In this document: positions 10,723 through 19,214 of the stretch, in pieces
Layout of the letters: every line of letters starts with the position of its first letter
Position numbering within the stretch: position 1 is the stretch's first letter
NCBI GenBank assembly: GCA_947626885.1
Contig: CANQTX010000004.1
Coordinates: 1,735-65,734, forward strand
Reading direction: 5' to 3'
From: an uncultured Clostridia bacterium
GTDB lineage: Bacteria; Bacillota; Clostridia; TANB77; CAG-508
DNA: 64,000 bases
Program-made: the position numbers and the translations under genes
The notes under the pieces: generated by a model
What the model saw: the letters and a program-made list of their open reading frames with translations, nothing else
The model's database searches: none
What the model was told of the DNA's origin: nothing

Positions 10723-13017
10723 ATGATAAAAAGAGAAGAAAAATCAAATTTTAAACGATGGATGATACTAGCCTTTTGCATTGTTTTGGGATATTGCTTT
10801 TTACTAGTAGGCAGTCCGTTAGATAATAATACACAAATTATCAATGTAGCTTTAAATATTATTATGCTTATTGTAATTTATAAAAATTTCAAAGAAAATC
10901 AAGCATTAACTTTTTCTAAAATGGAGATTTGTCTTTTGATTTTAATAATAAGTCAAGGAATTCCTATTTTGTTTGGTACGCAGGCAACATTAACTTCTAC
11001 TGTTAATGCAATATTAAAGTACATTACAGTATGGAATGTGTTTATTATTGTTAAGTACATATTAAAATTAGATGAAACTTATAAAACGTATATTATCAAT
11101 ACGATTATTATTATAAGCATCATATTAATTGTATTTGGAATTGACATGATGCATGAGAATGTATTTCAGAAAATTTATACGTTTTTAGATACAATTGTTG
11201 TGTCTAATTCGTCAGAGATCAGAATGGATTCTTTATATGAATATCCTAATACATTTGCTATGTTTTTAGGAATAGCAATTGTTCTTTCGATAGGACAAAT
11301 AGTAGATATAATAAATACTAAAGAGCATCCTATATTTCAAAATAATCGTCAAATTACCAAAGAAGAAAAAAGAATTATTTTATATATATTAGCCATTTGT
11401 TTTAATATTTATGGAATTATTATGGCAGGTTCAAGACTTACTATGTTAATTTTATTTTTGGTTATTGTTCTTTGGAGTATTATAGAAAGAAAAAAAGTAT
11501 TTAAAAAGAAGATTATTGTATTTTTATTATCATTTATTTTAATAATTGGTATCTTAATTGTTGCATTGTGCTTTTGGAATACGAAATTAGTATTATTTGA
11601 TGAGACAAAAGAAGAACAAACACAATATATAAAGCAAATTAACCATATACAGCCCAATACAGAGTATCATTTTGATTTTGATATTTCTGCTATAAATAAC
11701 ACACAAGAGGAAGAGAAGTTTAAAATTATTGTAAGAGAGATGACCAATACAGCTAAAAAAATTGATGAAACGGTAATAGAGTTTGGTACGTTTGAAGGAA
11801 CAAAGAGTATTGATATTACCACAAAGGAGAAAACCAATATTATTAGAATTTGTTTTGTATCTAGAAGAAATATAAAGGATCAAACAAGATTAGAAGTTAA
11901 TCGTGTTTCAGTTAATGGAAAAACAATAAGAGTAAATTACGGCTTTATTCCCATAACTGTTATGAATCGATTAACCAATATTGGTTTGAATGCTTCTTCT
12001 GTAACGGAAAGATTTGTTATTATTAAAGATGGTATCAGATTAGGATTAGAAAAATTCTTTACAGGTTTTGGAAATGATGGTTGGCGTTATAATTATAAAA
12101 CAGTAAGGGAATACCATTATGGTGCAACACAAATGCATTGTTATATTGTAGATATTTTTATTCAAAGTGGTATAGTAGGATTAATGAGTATTGCCATATT
12201 ATTTGTACTATTAACCATAAAAATGATAAAATTATTGTTACAAAAACAGAAAGCATATTATTCCATTGTCTTTGCTACAATATTTGGTGTTTTACATACT
12301 ATGTTAGATTTTGATATGAATTTTTATGCTATTACAATATTAATATTTATGTTCATTGCTATTATAGATAGTAGAATAGAAGAAAAGAAAATTACGATAA
12401 AGCCAAGTAAAATAGTAAGAGGTATGGGGCTTATTATTATGATAATGATATTGGTGATTAACACAGGTACTTATATTGCCTATATTATAGATAAGCAAGG
12501 TGAAAAAAATCAATTAACTTATGGCAATTGGAAAGAAAAATTAACAGAAGCGAATGTTAAGATAGCATTAGCACCATATGATTATAATTATATTTCAGAG
12601 AAAATACAAATTTATACGATTGCCAAAAATTCATCTCATATAAAAATAGATGAAGCAACCAAACAGAAATATACAGAAAAATTAATTAAAATGTTAAAAA
12701 AAGTTATCAAACAAGAACAGGGCAAAGACATGACAGAAAATTATAGAAGACTCATATCTAATTATATTGATACAATGAATCCAGATAATGTAGAAGATAT
12801 TTTAAATAAAGTAGATGAGCTAATAGATATTATAAAAGATGATGCGTATATCATATCTACATATGAAGATATAGTATATCAATTAGAAAGTAAATATGAA
12901 ACATTGCATGATGAAAAGATTCAAAAAAAGATAGATAGTTTTAATGAGATAATAGTTCATTTGGAAGAAAAAATGAGAGAAGAAGAGGAAAAAGAATACG
13001 ATGAGATGATAATGTAA
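10723..13017 (+). CDS. O-antigen ligase (Wzy_C)-like membrane protein with a large extracellular insert
   Basis: Many TMs; RMDSLYEYPNTFA, AGSR, ERFVIIKDG, FTGFGNDGW, QMHCY..DIFIQSGIVG, LHTMLDFDM. ATG at 10723 follows GAGGAG. Confidence 0.8.
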   Translation: MIKREEKSNFKRWMILAFCIVLGYCFLLVGSPLDNNTQIINVALNIIMLIVIYKNFKENQALTFSKMEICLLILIISQGIPILFGTQATLTSTVNAILKYITVWNVFIIVKYILKLDETYKTYIINTIIIISIILIVFGIDMMHENVFQKIYTFLDTIVVSNSSEIRMDSLYEYPNTFAMFLGIAIVLSIGQIVDIINTKEHPIFQNNRQITKEEKRIILYILAICFNIYGIIMAGSRLTMLILFLVIVLWSIIERKKVFKKKIIVFLLSFILIIGILIVALCFWNTKLVLFDETKEEQTQYIKQINHIQPNTEYHFDFDISAINNTQEEEKFKIIVREMTNTAKKIDETVIEFGTFEGTKSIDITTKEKTNIIRICFVSRRNIKDQTRLEVNRVSVNGKTIRVNYGFIPITVMNRLTNIGLNASSVTERFVIIKDGIRLGLEKFFTGFGNDGWRYNYKTVREYHYGATQMHCYIVDIFIQSGIVGLMSIAILFVLLTIKMIKLLLQKQKAYYSIVFATIFGVLHTMLDFDMNFYAITILIFMFIAIIDSRIEEKKITIKPSKIVRGMGLIIMIMILVINTGTYIAYIIDKQGEKNQLTYGNWKEKLTEANVKIALAPYDYNYISEKIQIYTIAKNSSHIKIDEATKQKYTEKLIKMLKKVIKQEQGKDMTENYRRLISNYIDTMNPDNVEDILNKVDELIDIIKDDAYIISTYEDIVYQLESKYETLHDEKIQKKIDSFNEIIVHLEEKMREEEEKEYDEMIM

Positions 13018-13049
13018 TTGTGAGTTTTATTTTATTCACATAAAACCTC

Positions 13050-13078
13050 TTGACAGTTTGCCATAATACATATAAAAT
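13050..13078 (+). promoter_or_regulatory. SigA promoter of rny
   Basis: TTGACA-17nt-TAAAAT. Confidence 0.7.
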
Positions 13079-13184
13079 ATATAATATAGCAAATAATACA
13101 ATATAAATTATATAAATGATTTATTGATTTTATGAAAATAATTTAATTGTACATTGAAAATTTAATAGAAAGAGGTAGATAATT

Positions 13185-14729
13185 ATGCAAACAATTTTAA
13201 TTATCGTTGCCACTGTTCTAATCTCAGCAGTTATTTTTATACCGATTGGTATAGGTATAAGAAAAAAAATTGCAGAATCTAAAATTCAAAGTGCAGAAAT
13301 GGAAGCAAATAGGCTATTAGAAAACGTAAAGATAGAAGCAGAAAATTTGAAAAAAGAAGAATTAATTAAGGCCAAAGAAGAGGTATTACAAATAAAAAAT
13401 GAATTAGATCAAGAGATTAAAGAAAGAAGAGGCGACATACAAGCACAAGAAAGAAGATTAATACAGAAGGAAGAAAATTTAGAAAAACGTTCAAGTGTAT
13501 TTGATAGTAAAGAAAAAGAATTAGAAAGAAAATTTGCAGAAAGTGAACAAAAAAGACAAGAATTAGAAAAAATTTATGAACGAGAGACAGAAGAATTACA
13601 AAGAATTTCAGGGTTAACGACAGAGCAGGCGAAACAACAATTACTGAATGAGTTAGATAAAGAAATTACACAAGAAAAAGCTGCTAAAATTCGAGAATTG
13701 GAGGCTAAAGCCAAAGAAGATGCACAAAAAAATGCAAGAGAAATTATCAGTTTTGCTATTCAAAAATGTGCTGCAGATCATACTTCTGAAACAACAGTAT
13801 CTGTTGTTTCTCTCCCTAATGATGATATGAAAGGAAGAATTATTGGTAGAGAAGGAAGAAATATAAAAACACTTGAAACTTTAACGGGAATTGATTTAAT
13901 TATTGATGATACACCAGAAGCTGTTATTATTTCTGGATTTGATCCATTAAGAAGGGAAGTCGCAAGAATTGCTATTGAAAAATTGATTGATGATGGTAGA
14001 ATTCATCCTGCTAAGATAGAGGAAATGGTGGAGAAAGCCAAAGAAGAAGTAGAAGCAAATATCAAAGCTGAAGGCGAAAGAGCGATGTTAGAGACTGGTG
14101 TGAATAATCTTCATCCAGATATTATTAAATTAATTGGAAAATTAAAGTATAGAACCAGTTATGGGCAAAATGTTTTAAATCATTCTATAGAAGTTTCTAA
14201 TTTGGCAAGAATTATGGCAGATGAGTTAGGAATTAGTTCAAAAGTTGCAAGAAGAGCAGGTTTATTACATGATTTAGGAAAAGCACTAGATCATGATATG
14301 GAAGGAACACATGTTGAAATTGGTGTTGATATTCTTAAGAAATACAAAGAGAATGATAGTGTTATCAATGCAGTGCAAGCACATCATGGCGATGTTGAAC
14401 CACTAACTTTAGAAGCTGTTTTAGTACAAGCCGCTGATGCTATTTCTGCTTCAAGACCTGGTGCTAGAAGAGAAACATTAGAAACATATATTAAGCGATT
14501 AGAAAAATTAGAAGAAATTGCTGATTCTTTTGAAGGTGTTGAAAAATCTTTTGCAATACAAGCTGGTCGTGAAGTGCGTCTTATTGTAAAACCTGATAAA
14601 GTTTCTGATAGTGATATGGTGATTATGGCTAGAGAAGTTGCTAAAAGAGTTGAAAATGAAATGGAATATCCTGGACAAATTAAAATTAATGTTATTAGAG
14701 AGTCTAGAGTTACAAATTATGCAAAATAA
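13185..14729 (+). CDS. rny: Ribonuclease Y
   Basis: N-terminal TM, coiled coil, KH domain ([12 protein letters not shown]) and HD domain (LLHDLGK). Confidence 0.97.
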   Translation: MQTILIIVATVLISAVIFIPIGIGIRKKIAESKIQSAEMEANRLLENVKIEAENLKKEELIKAKEEVLQIKNELDQEIKERRGDIQAQERRLIQKEENLEKRSSVFDSKEKELERKFAESEQKRQELEKIYERETEELQRISGLTTEQAKQQLLNELDKEITQEKAAKIRELEAKAKEDAQKNAREIISFAIQKCAADHTSETTVSVVSLPNDDMKGRIIGREGRNIKTLETLTGIDLIIDDTPEAVIISGFDPLRREVARIAIEKLIDDGRIHPAKIEEMVEKAKEEVEANIKAEGERAMLETGVNNLHPDIIKLIGKLKYRTSYGQNVLNHSIEVSNLARIMADELGISSKVARRAGLLHDLGKALDHDMEGTHVEIGVDILKKYKENDSVINAVQAHHGDVEPLTLEAVLVQAADAISASRPGARRETLETYIKRLEKLEEIADSFEGVEKSFAIQAGREVRLIVKPDKVSDSDMVIMAREVAKRVENEMEYPGQIKINVIRESRVTNYAK

Positions 14730-14732
14730 TAT

Positions 14733-14773
14733 AAAAAAGTTTACACTTTTTAGAAGGAAGTGTAAACTTTTTT
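14733..14773 (+). terminator. Intrinsic terminator after rny
   Basis: AAAAAAGTTTACACTT / AAGTGTAAACTTTTTT. Confidence 0.8.
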
Positions 14774-14813
14774 AGCATTTCATTTAAAAAATAATAAAAA
14801 ATACTTTAATCTA

Positions 14814-14842
14814 TTGACATTACCGGATTTTGTGAATATAAT
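14814..14842 (+). promoter_or_regulatory. SigA promoter of sigH and tRNA-Thr
   Basis: Perfect TTGACA-17nt-TATAAT. Confidence 0.75.
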
Positions 14843-14877
14843 ACAAACAGAACTAGCGTAGGAGGTACGAAACATCA

Positions 14878-15516
14878 ATGGCTAATGGCATATATTTTCT
14901 GAAAAACAACTATGAGAATATTTCAGATGAAAGCTTAATTGAAAAAATTCGATTGGGAGATATGAATGCGCAAAATTTTTTGTTGGAAAAATATAGTCAT
15001 TTAGTCAATTTAAAAGCAAATCGTTTTTTCTTAGTTGGTGCTGATAATGATGATATTATTCAAGAGGGAATGATAGGATTATATAAAGCTATTCGTTCTT
15101 TTGATGTAAAAAAACAAAATTCATTTAAAACATTTGCTAATCTTTGTATTGAAAGACAATTAATCACAGCAATAAAATCATCTAATAGACAGAAGCATAT
15201 ACCACTAAATTCTTCTTTTTCTCTCAATCTTTCTGCTTATGAAGAAAATAATGATACTTCTCTTATTGAAGTTTTAGATACAAAGATGGTAGAAGATCCT
15301 TTAGATACCATTACCAAAAAAGAATATTATCAAATTATTGAAGATAAAATCGATAAAAATTTAAGTACTTTTGAAAAGCAAGTTTTAGACCGATATGTTC
15401 AAGGGGAGAGTTATGTTGATATTGCAAATAAATTGAATTCTCCGGTCAAGTCAATTGATAATGCTATTCAAAGAATAAGAAAAAAAGCAATAAAATGCTT
15501 AGAAGGAGAAGAATAA
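14878..15516 (+). CDS. sigH: RNA polymerase sporulation sigma factor SigH
   Basis: DIIQEGMIGLYKAIR, FANLCIERQLITAIK, RQKHIPLN, KSIDNAIQRIRKK. Confidence 0.95.
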   Translation: MANGIYFLKNNYENISDESLIEKIRLGDMNAQNFLLEKYSHLVNLKANRFFLVGADNDDIIQEGMIGLYKAIRSFDVKKQNSFKTFANLCIERQLITAIKSSNRQKHIPLNSSFSLNLSAYEENNDTSLIEVLDTKMVEDPLDTITKKEYYQIIEDKIDKNLSTFEKQVLDRYVQGESYVDIANKLNSPVKSIDNAIQRIRKKAIKCLEGEE

Positions 15517-15523
15517 TTCTGAT

Positions 15524-15599
15524 GCCTTCTTAGCTCAGTAGGTAGAGCGCATCCATGGTAAGGATGAGGTCGCCGGTTCGATTCCGGCAGTAGGCTCCA
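15524..15599 (+). tRNA. tRNA-Thr(GGT)
   Basis: Cloverleaf with acceptor GCCTTCT/AGTAGGC (one U-U pair), D arm GCTC-AGTAGGTA-GAGC, anticodon arm CATCC-ATGGTAA-GGATG, T arm GCCGG-TTCGATT-CCGGC, and encoded CCA. Confidence 0.96.
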
Positions 15600-15726
15600 A
15601 TAACATTTCTGTTCGGACTTTTATATAGAACAGTAGATACAAAATCAATCAGAACTAAACTGGTTGTTTTTTTCTTTTGCAAAAAATCATCCTAAATTTA
15701 TAATGAAAGGATGGTGTTTTATATGT

Positions 15727-15942
15727 ATGAGTGATAGTAATTATACTAATCTAAAATATAATAAAACTGAGATGTATAACTACTTTGATAGTATATTAAA
15801 AGAAGTTGATGATGAATATAGAAATACCTTAATAAATTTTGCTAGATATCATCTTATAATGTTTGCAATGGCTAAAATTATGGAGATGGCAAAAGAAGAA
15901 CAAAATCAAGGTGCACTTTATTTATTCAATTATATAAAATAG
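15727..15942 (+). CDS. Hypothetical 71-aa protein
   Basis: ATG at 15727 downstream of GAAAGGATGG; no recognisable motif. Confidence 0.5.
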   Translation: MSDSNYTNLKYNKTEMYNYFDSILKEVDDEYRNTLINFARYHLIMFAMAKIMEMAKEEQNQGALYLFNYIK

Positions 15943-16105
15943 CCTTTAAGTGCTGAAGCACTTGCAGAAACTAGCTTTTTATAGTATAATAAAATTGAGT
16001 TATGCTAGATTTTTAGCATCTATCTATATACCCCCTAGTTACATTATAGGGTTGAAAGAATATAGTTTCACAAAAACAGCAAGGAATATTTAAGGAGGTA
16101 GAAAT

Positions 16106-17035
16106 ATGTTTATTGGAGTAGGAGAAAACAGCAGCACAAAATGCACAATGAAATTTGGCACACATAATGGAATATTTCATTGTGATGAGGTTCTTGCCAT
16201 GGCAGCACTTATAATTGCATACGGGAATACTAAAATATATGTGGTGCGGACAAGAAACCCTGATAAGTTGAATGAACTCGATATCGTAATTGATATTGGA
16301 GGTGGAAAGTTCGATCACCATATGCCAGGTTTTAATGTATGCAGACCCACAGGCGAGAAATATGCTAGTGCGGGACTGGTATGGAGAGAGTTTGCAGAAG
16401 AAGCTATAAAGAATATTATGACCAAAGAAGGGATATCTATCAATGAGGACGAAATCAAGGCAATCAAAGAACAAATTGACAGAGAATTTATCATTCCAGT
16501 AGATATGGAAGACAATGGTGAGAAGATTAGCAACCATACATTTAGCTTTATTTCGAAATTTCTTCCGTCGTGGCTGGAAACTCCGAATTATGACGATGCT
16601 TTCAGCAGAGTCCTGGCAATTGTGGTTGATATTCTAGAAGCAATCATTAAAGATAAGATTGTACAAGTTGCTACTAAAAAAGAGCTACAAAAAAGATATG
16701 ACTTCATCAATGATGGAATTTTGGAAATTCCTGCACAGACAATGCCATGGCTCGAAGATGTTGTAAGCTATAACGAAAGTCATGGATACAGAGTGAAGTT
16801 CATAATCTTTCCGTATCCTGCAGGAGGCTGGGCAGCACAAAGTGTTCCGCCATCAATCGAAAAGAAATTTGAACAGCTTGTTTCTTTTCCTAAGGAATGG
16901 GCTGGAGGCAATGAAAAAACTTTGCCTGCGATTTCTGGAATAAAGGATGCAATCTTCTGTCACAATGGATGTTTCTTTGTAAGAGCTAAAAGTAAAGATG
17001 GTATCATTAAAATGTGCAAAATTGCTATGAGCTAA
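16106..17035 (+). CDS. MYG1/UPF0160 family metal-dependent hydrolase (exonuclease)
   Basis: THNGIFHCDEVLA, VVRTR, DIVIDIGG, FDHH, SAGLVW, FPKEWAG, FCHNGCF. RBS AAGGAGG; promoter TTGCAG-17-TATAAT at 15962-15990. GC is higher than in the flanks. Confidence 0.92.
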   Translation: MFIGVGENSSTKCTMKFGTHNGIFHCDEVLAMAALIIAYGNTKIYVVRTRNPDKLNELDIVIDIGGGKFDHHMPGFNVCRPTGEKYASAGLVWREFAEEAIKNIMTKEGISINEDEIKAIKEQIDREFIIPVDMEDNGEKISNHTFSFISKFLPSWLETPNYDDAFSRVLAIVVDILEAIIKDKIVQVATKKELQKRYDFINDGILEIPAQTMPWLEDVVSYNESHGYRVKFIIFPYPAGGWAAQSVPPSIEKKFEQLVSFPKEWAGGNEKTLPAISGIKDAIFCHNGCFFVRAKSKDGIIKMCKIAMS

Positions 17036-17059
17036 ATAAACAGCAATACCAATACTCAT

Positions 17060-17090
17060 AACAGGAGAATGATGTTTCATTCTCCTGTTT
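17060..17090 (+). terminator. Intrinsic terminator after the MYG1 gene
   Basis: AACAGGAGAATGA / TCATTCTCCTGTT followed by T. Confidence 0.75.
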
Positions 17091-17334
17091 ACTTATAAGA
17101 GAGAAAAGTTGTAGATAACTACGACGTCCGCTCCAATTTAAGATAGCTTACGAAATATATAGGTTTTGTAAGTTTTTTCATTTTTAGAAAAGATGAATTG
17201 AAACTTGATAAAAAACTCAAAAATGTTCTCTTAGTTTTAAGAAAAGTTATTGCAAAATGTAAAATTTTATGTTACAGTAAATAAGGTTATAGATTTTCCT
17301 AAAATCTAAATAAAATAATATAGTAAGGAAAAAA

Positions 17335-18429
17335 ATGAAGATAGGAATTGTAGGACTTCCCAATGTTGGAAAAAGTACTTTATTTAATAGTATTACAAAA
17401 GCTGGTGCAGAATGTGCCAATTATCCTTTTTGTACAATAGAGCCTAATATAGGTGTTGTTGCTGTGCCAGATGAAAGAGTAGAAAAATTAGCAGAAATTT
17501 ACAAACCACAAAAAATAACACATGCAGTTGTTGAATTTGTTGATATAGCAGGACTGGTTAAAGGAGCTAGTAAAGGAGAAGGATTAGGTAATAAATTTTT
17601 GTCGCATATTCGAGAAGTAGATAGTATTATACAAGTTGTGAGATGTTTTGAAAATTCTAATATTGTTCATGTTGAAGGAAATATTAATCCAATTCGTGAT
17701 ATAGAAACGATAAATCTTGAATTAATTTTTGCAGATTTGGAAACAATAGATAAAAGATTAGAAAAAACAAAAAAATTATTAAAAGCAGATCAGAAATATC
17801 AATTTGAAATAGATACATTAGAAAAGGTAAAAAAAATATTAGAAGAAGGTAAATGTGCTAGAGTATTATCTTATACAGAGGAAGAAAAAGAAGTATTAAA
17901 GGAAAGTTTTCTTTTAACATTAAAACCAATATTATATGTGGCAAATATTTCAGAAGAGGAAATAGAAACGGCAGAAGAAAATGAAAATGTGCAAAAAGTT
18001 AGAGCATATGCGCAAAAGGAAGGAGCAAATGTTATTCCTTTATGTGTAAAAATAGAAGAAGAATTAAGTTGTTTAGAAAAAAAGGATAAACAAGAAATGC
18101 TAGAAGCCTTAGGATTAAAAGAATCTGGACTTGATAAATTGATAAAAGCAAGTTATCATTTATTAGGATTAATATCTTTTTTGACAGCAGGTGAACCAGA
18201 AGTAAGAGCATGGACAATTAGAAGAGGAACAAAAGCACCTGTAGCTGCTGGAAAGATTCACTCAGATATAGAAAGAGGATTTATTAAAGCAGAAATTATT
18301 GCGTTTACTGATTTTATAAAAGCAGGAGGCTCTATGACACAAGCAAAAGAAAAAGGATTGGTTCGTTCAGAAGGAAAGGACTATATCATGCAGGATGGAG
18401 ACATTGCTTTGTTTAGATTTAATGTTTAA
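17335..18429 (+). CDS. ychF: Redox-regulated ATPase YchF
   Basis: [48 protein letters not shown]. Confidence 0.97.
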   Translation: MKIGIVGLPNVGKSTLFNSITKAGAECANYPFCTIEPNIGVVAVPDERVEKLAEIYKPQKITHAVVEFVDIAGLVKGASKGEGLGNKFLSHIREVDSIIQVVRCFENSNIVHVEGNINPIRDIETINLELIFADLETIDKRLEKTKKLLKADQKYQFEIDTLEKVKKILEEGKCARVLSYTEEEKEVLKESFLLTLKPILYVANISEEEIETAEENENVQKVRAYAQKEGANVIPLCVKIEEELSCLEKKDKQEMLEALGLKESGLDKLIKASYHLLGLISFLTAGEPEVRAWTIRRGTKAPVAAGKIHSDIERGFIKAEIIAFTDFIKAGGSMTQAKEKGLVRSEGKDYIMQDGDIALFRFNV

Positions 18430-18537
18430 TATTACAATTATGTTAAAAAATAAAAAAATACTTGCATTGAAAATAATATATTGTTATAATAATAACAGAT
18501 GTTAAAGAAAGATGTTAAGTAATAGGAGATGGGTAAA

Positions 18538-18951
18538 ATGAGAAGAAAGAAATTATTGGTTAGTTTAGTAGTAATGATAATGTTGGCATTGGTTATAGGA
18601 AATATTTATTCTTTAGCAACGGATATTACAGCAACCAGTGGAAATACTAATGCAGGTACTGTTACAATAACAGCTGGCAATAATACAAATAAAAATAACA
18701 CGAATACGAACACTAATGCAAATACGAATACAAATACAAATTCAAATTCAAATTCAGAAAGCGTTTCAGGTACAGTAAATAGTGTTAATACAAGAAATAC
18801 AAATAATACTAATGTAAATACAAATAAAAATAAAGAAAGTAATAATTCTTTACCATATGCGGGATCTAATAATTCTATGATATTGATAGTATTAGGTTTA
18901 GTGATATCTGCTATTTATGCTTATAAAAAAGTATCTGATTATAATGTTTAA
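18538..18951 (+). CDS. Small Asn/Thr/Ser-rich sortase-anchored (LPXTG-like, LPYAG) surface protein
   Basis: Signal peptide, low-complexity N/T/S core, then LPYAG, a hydrophobic segment and a KK tail. Confidence 0.8.
   Translation: MRRKKLLVSLVVMIMLALVIGNIYSLATDITATSGNTNAGTVTITAGNNTNKNNTNTNTNANTNTNTNSNSNSESVSGTVNSVNTRNTNNTNVNTNKNKESNNSLPYAGSNNSMILIVLGLVISAIYAYKKVSDYNV
18695..18756 (+). repeat. Degenerate hexamer tandem repeat (AATACA/AATTCA-like) encoding (NT)n(NS)n
   Basis: aacacgaatacgaacactaatgcaaatacgaatacaaatacaaattcaaattcaaattca. Confidence 0.7.
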
Positions 18952-18975
18952 TATTTAAAATGTAATAAAAATAGG

Positions 18976-19003
18976 AAAAGGCACATTTTAAGGTGCCTTT
19001 TTT
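18976..19003 (+). terminator. Intrinsic terminator
   Basis: AAAAGGCAC / GTGCCTTTT followed by a T-tract. Confidence 0.75.
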
Positions 19004-19214
19004 GTTTATTGTAGAAAAATTGTCGCTCCATTTTAAAGTGTTTTTTTTGAAATGAAATTGAAAATAAAAAGAAAAGGAAAAGTAATGAAATTGTAATAAA
19101 GTGTTGAAATTTATCGATTTTACTGATATAATATATAAAAATAAATATTATACAAAAGATGCAAATAATTTTATTATTTGTGTCTTTTTGTTTAGTTATA
19201 TAGTGGAGGGAATC

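Noticed and set aside
15524-15599. U-U mismatch in the tRNA-Thr acceptor stem as a pseudo-tRNA
   Set aside because: A single mismatch is tolerated; all other conserved positions and the CCA end are intact.
16013-16537. 174-aa minus-strand ORF
   Set aside because: Shadow of the well-supported MYG1 gene; no motif or RBS.
18695-18830. Short repeats as a possible CRISPR array
   Set aside because: Degenerate 6-nt coding repeats with no spacers. No CRISPR array or cas gene was seen in the window.
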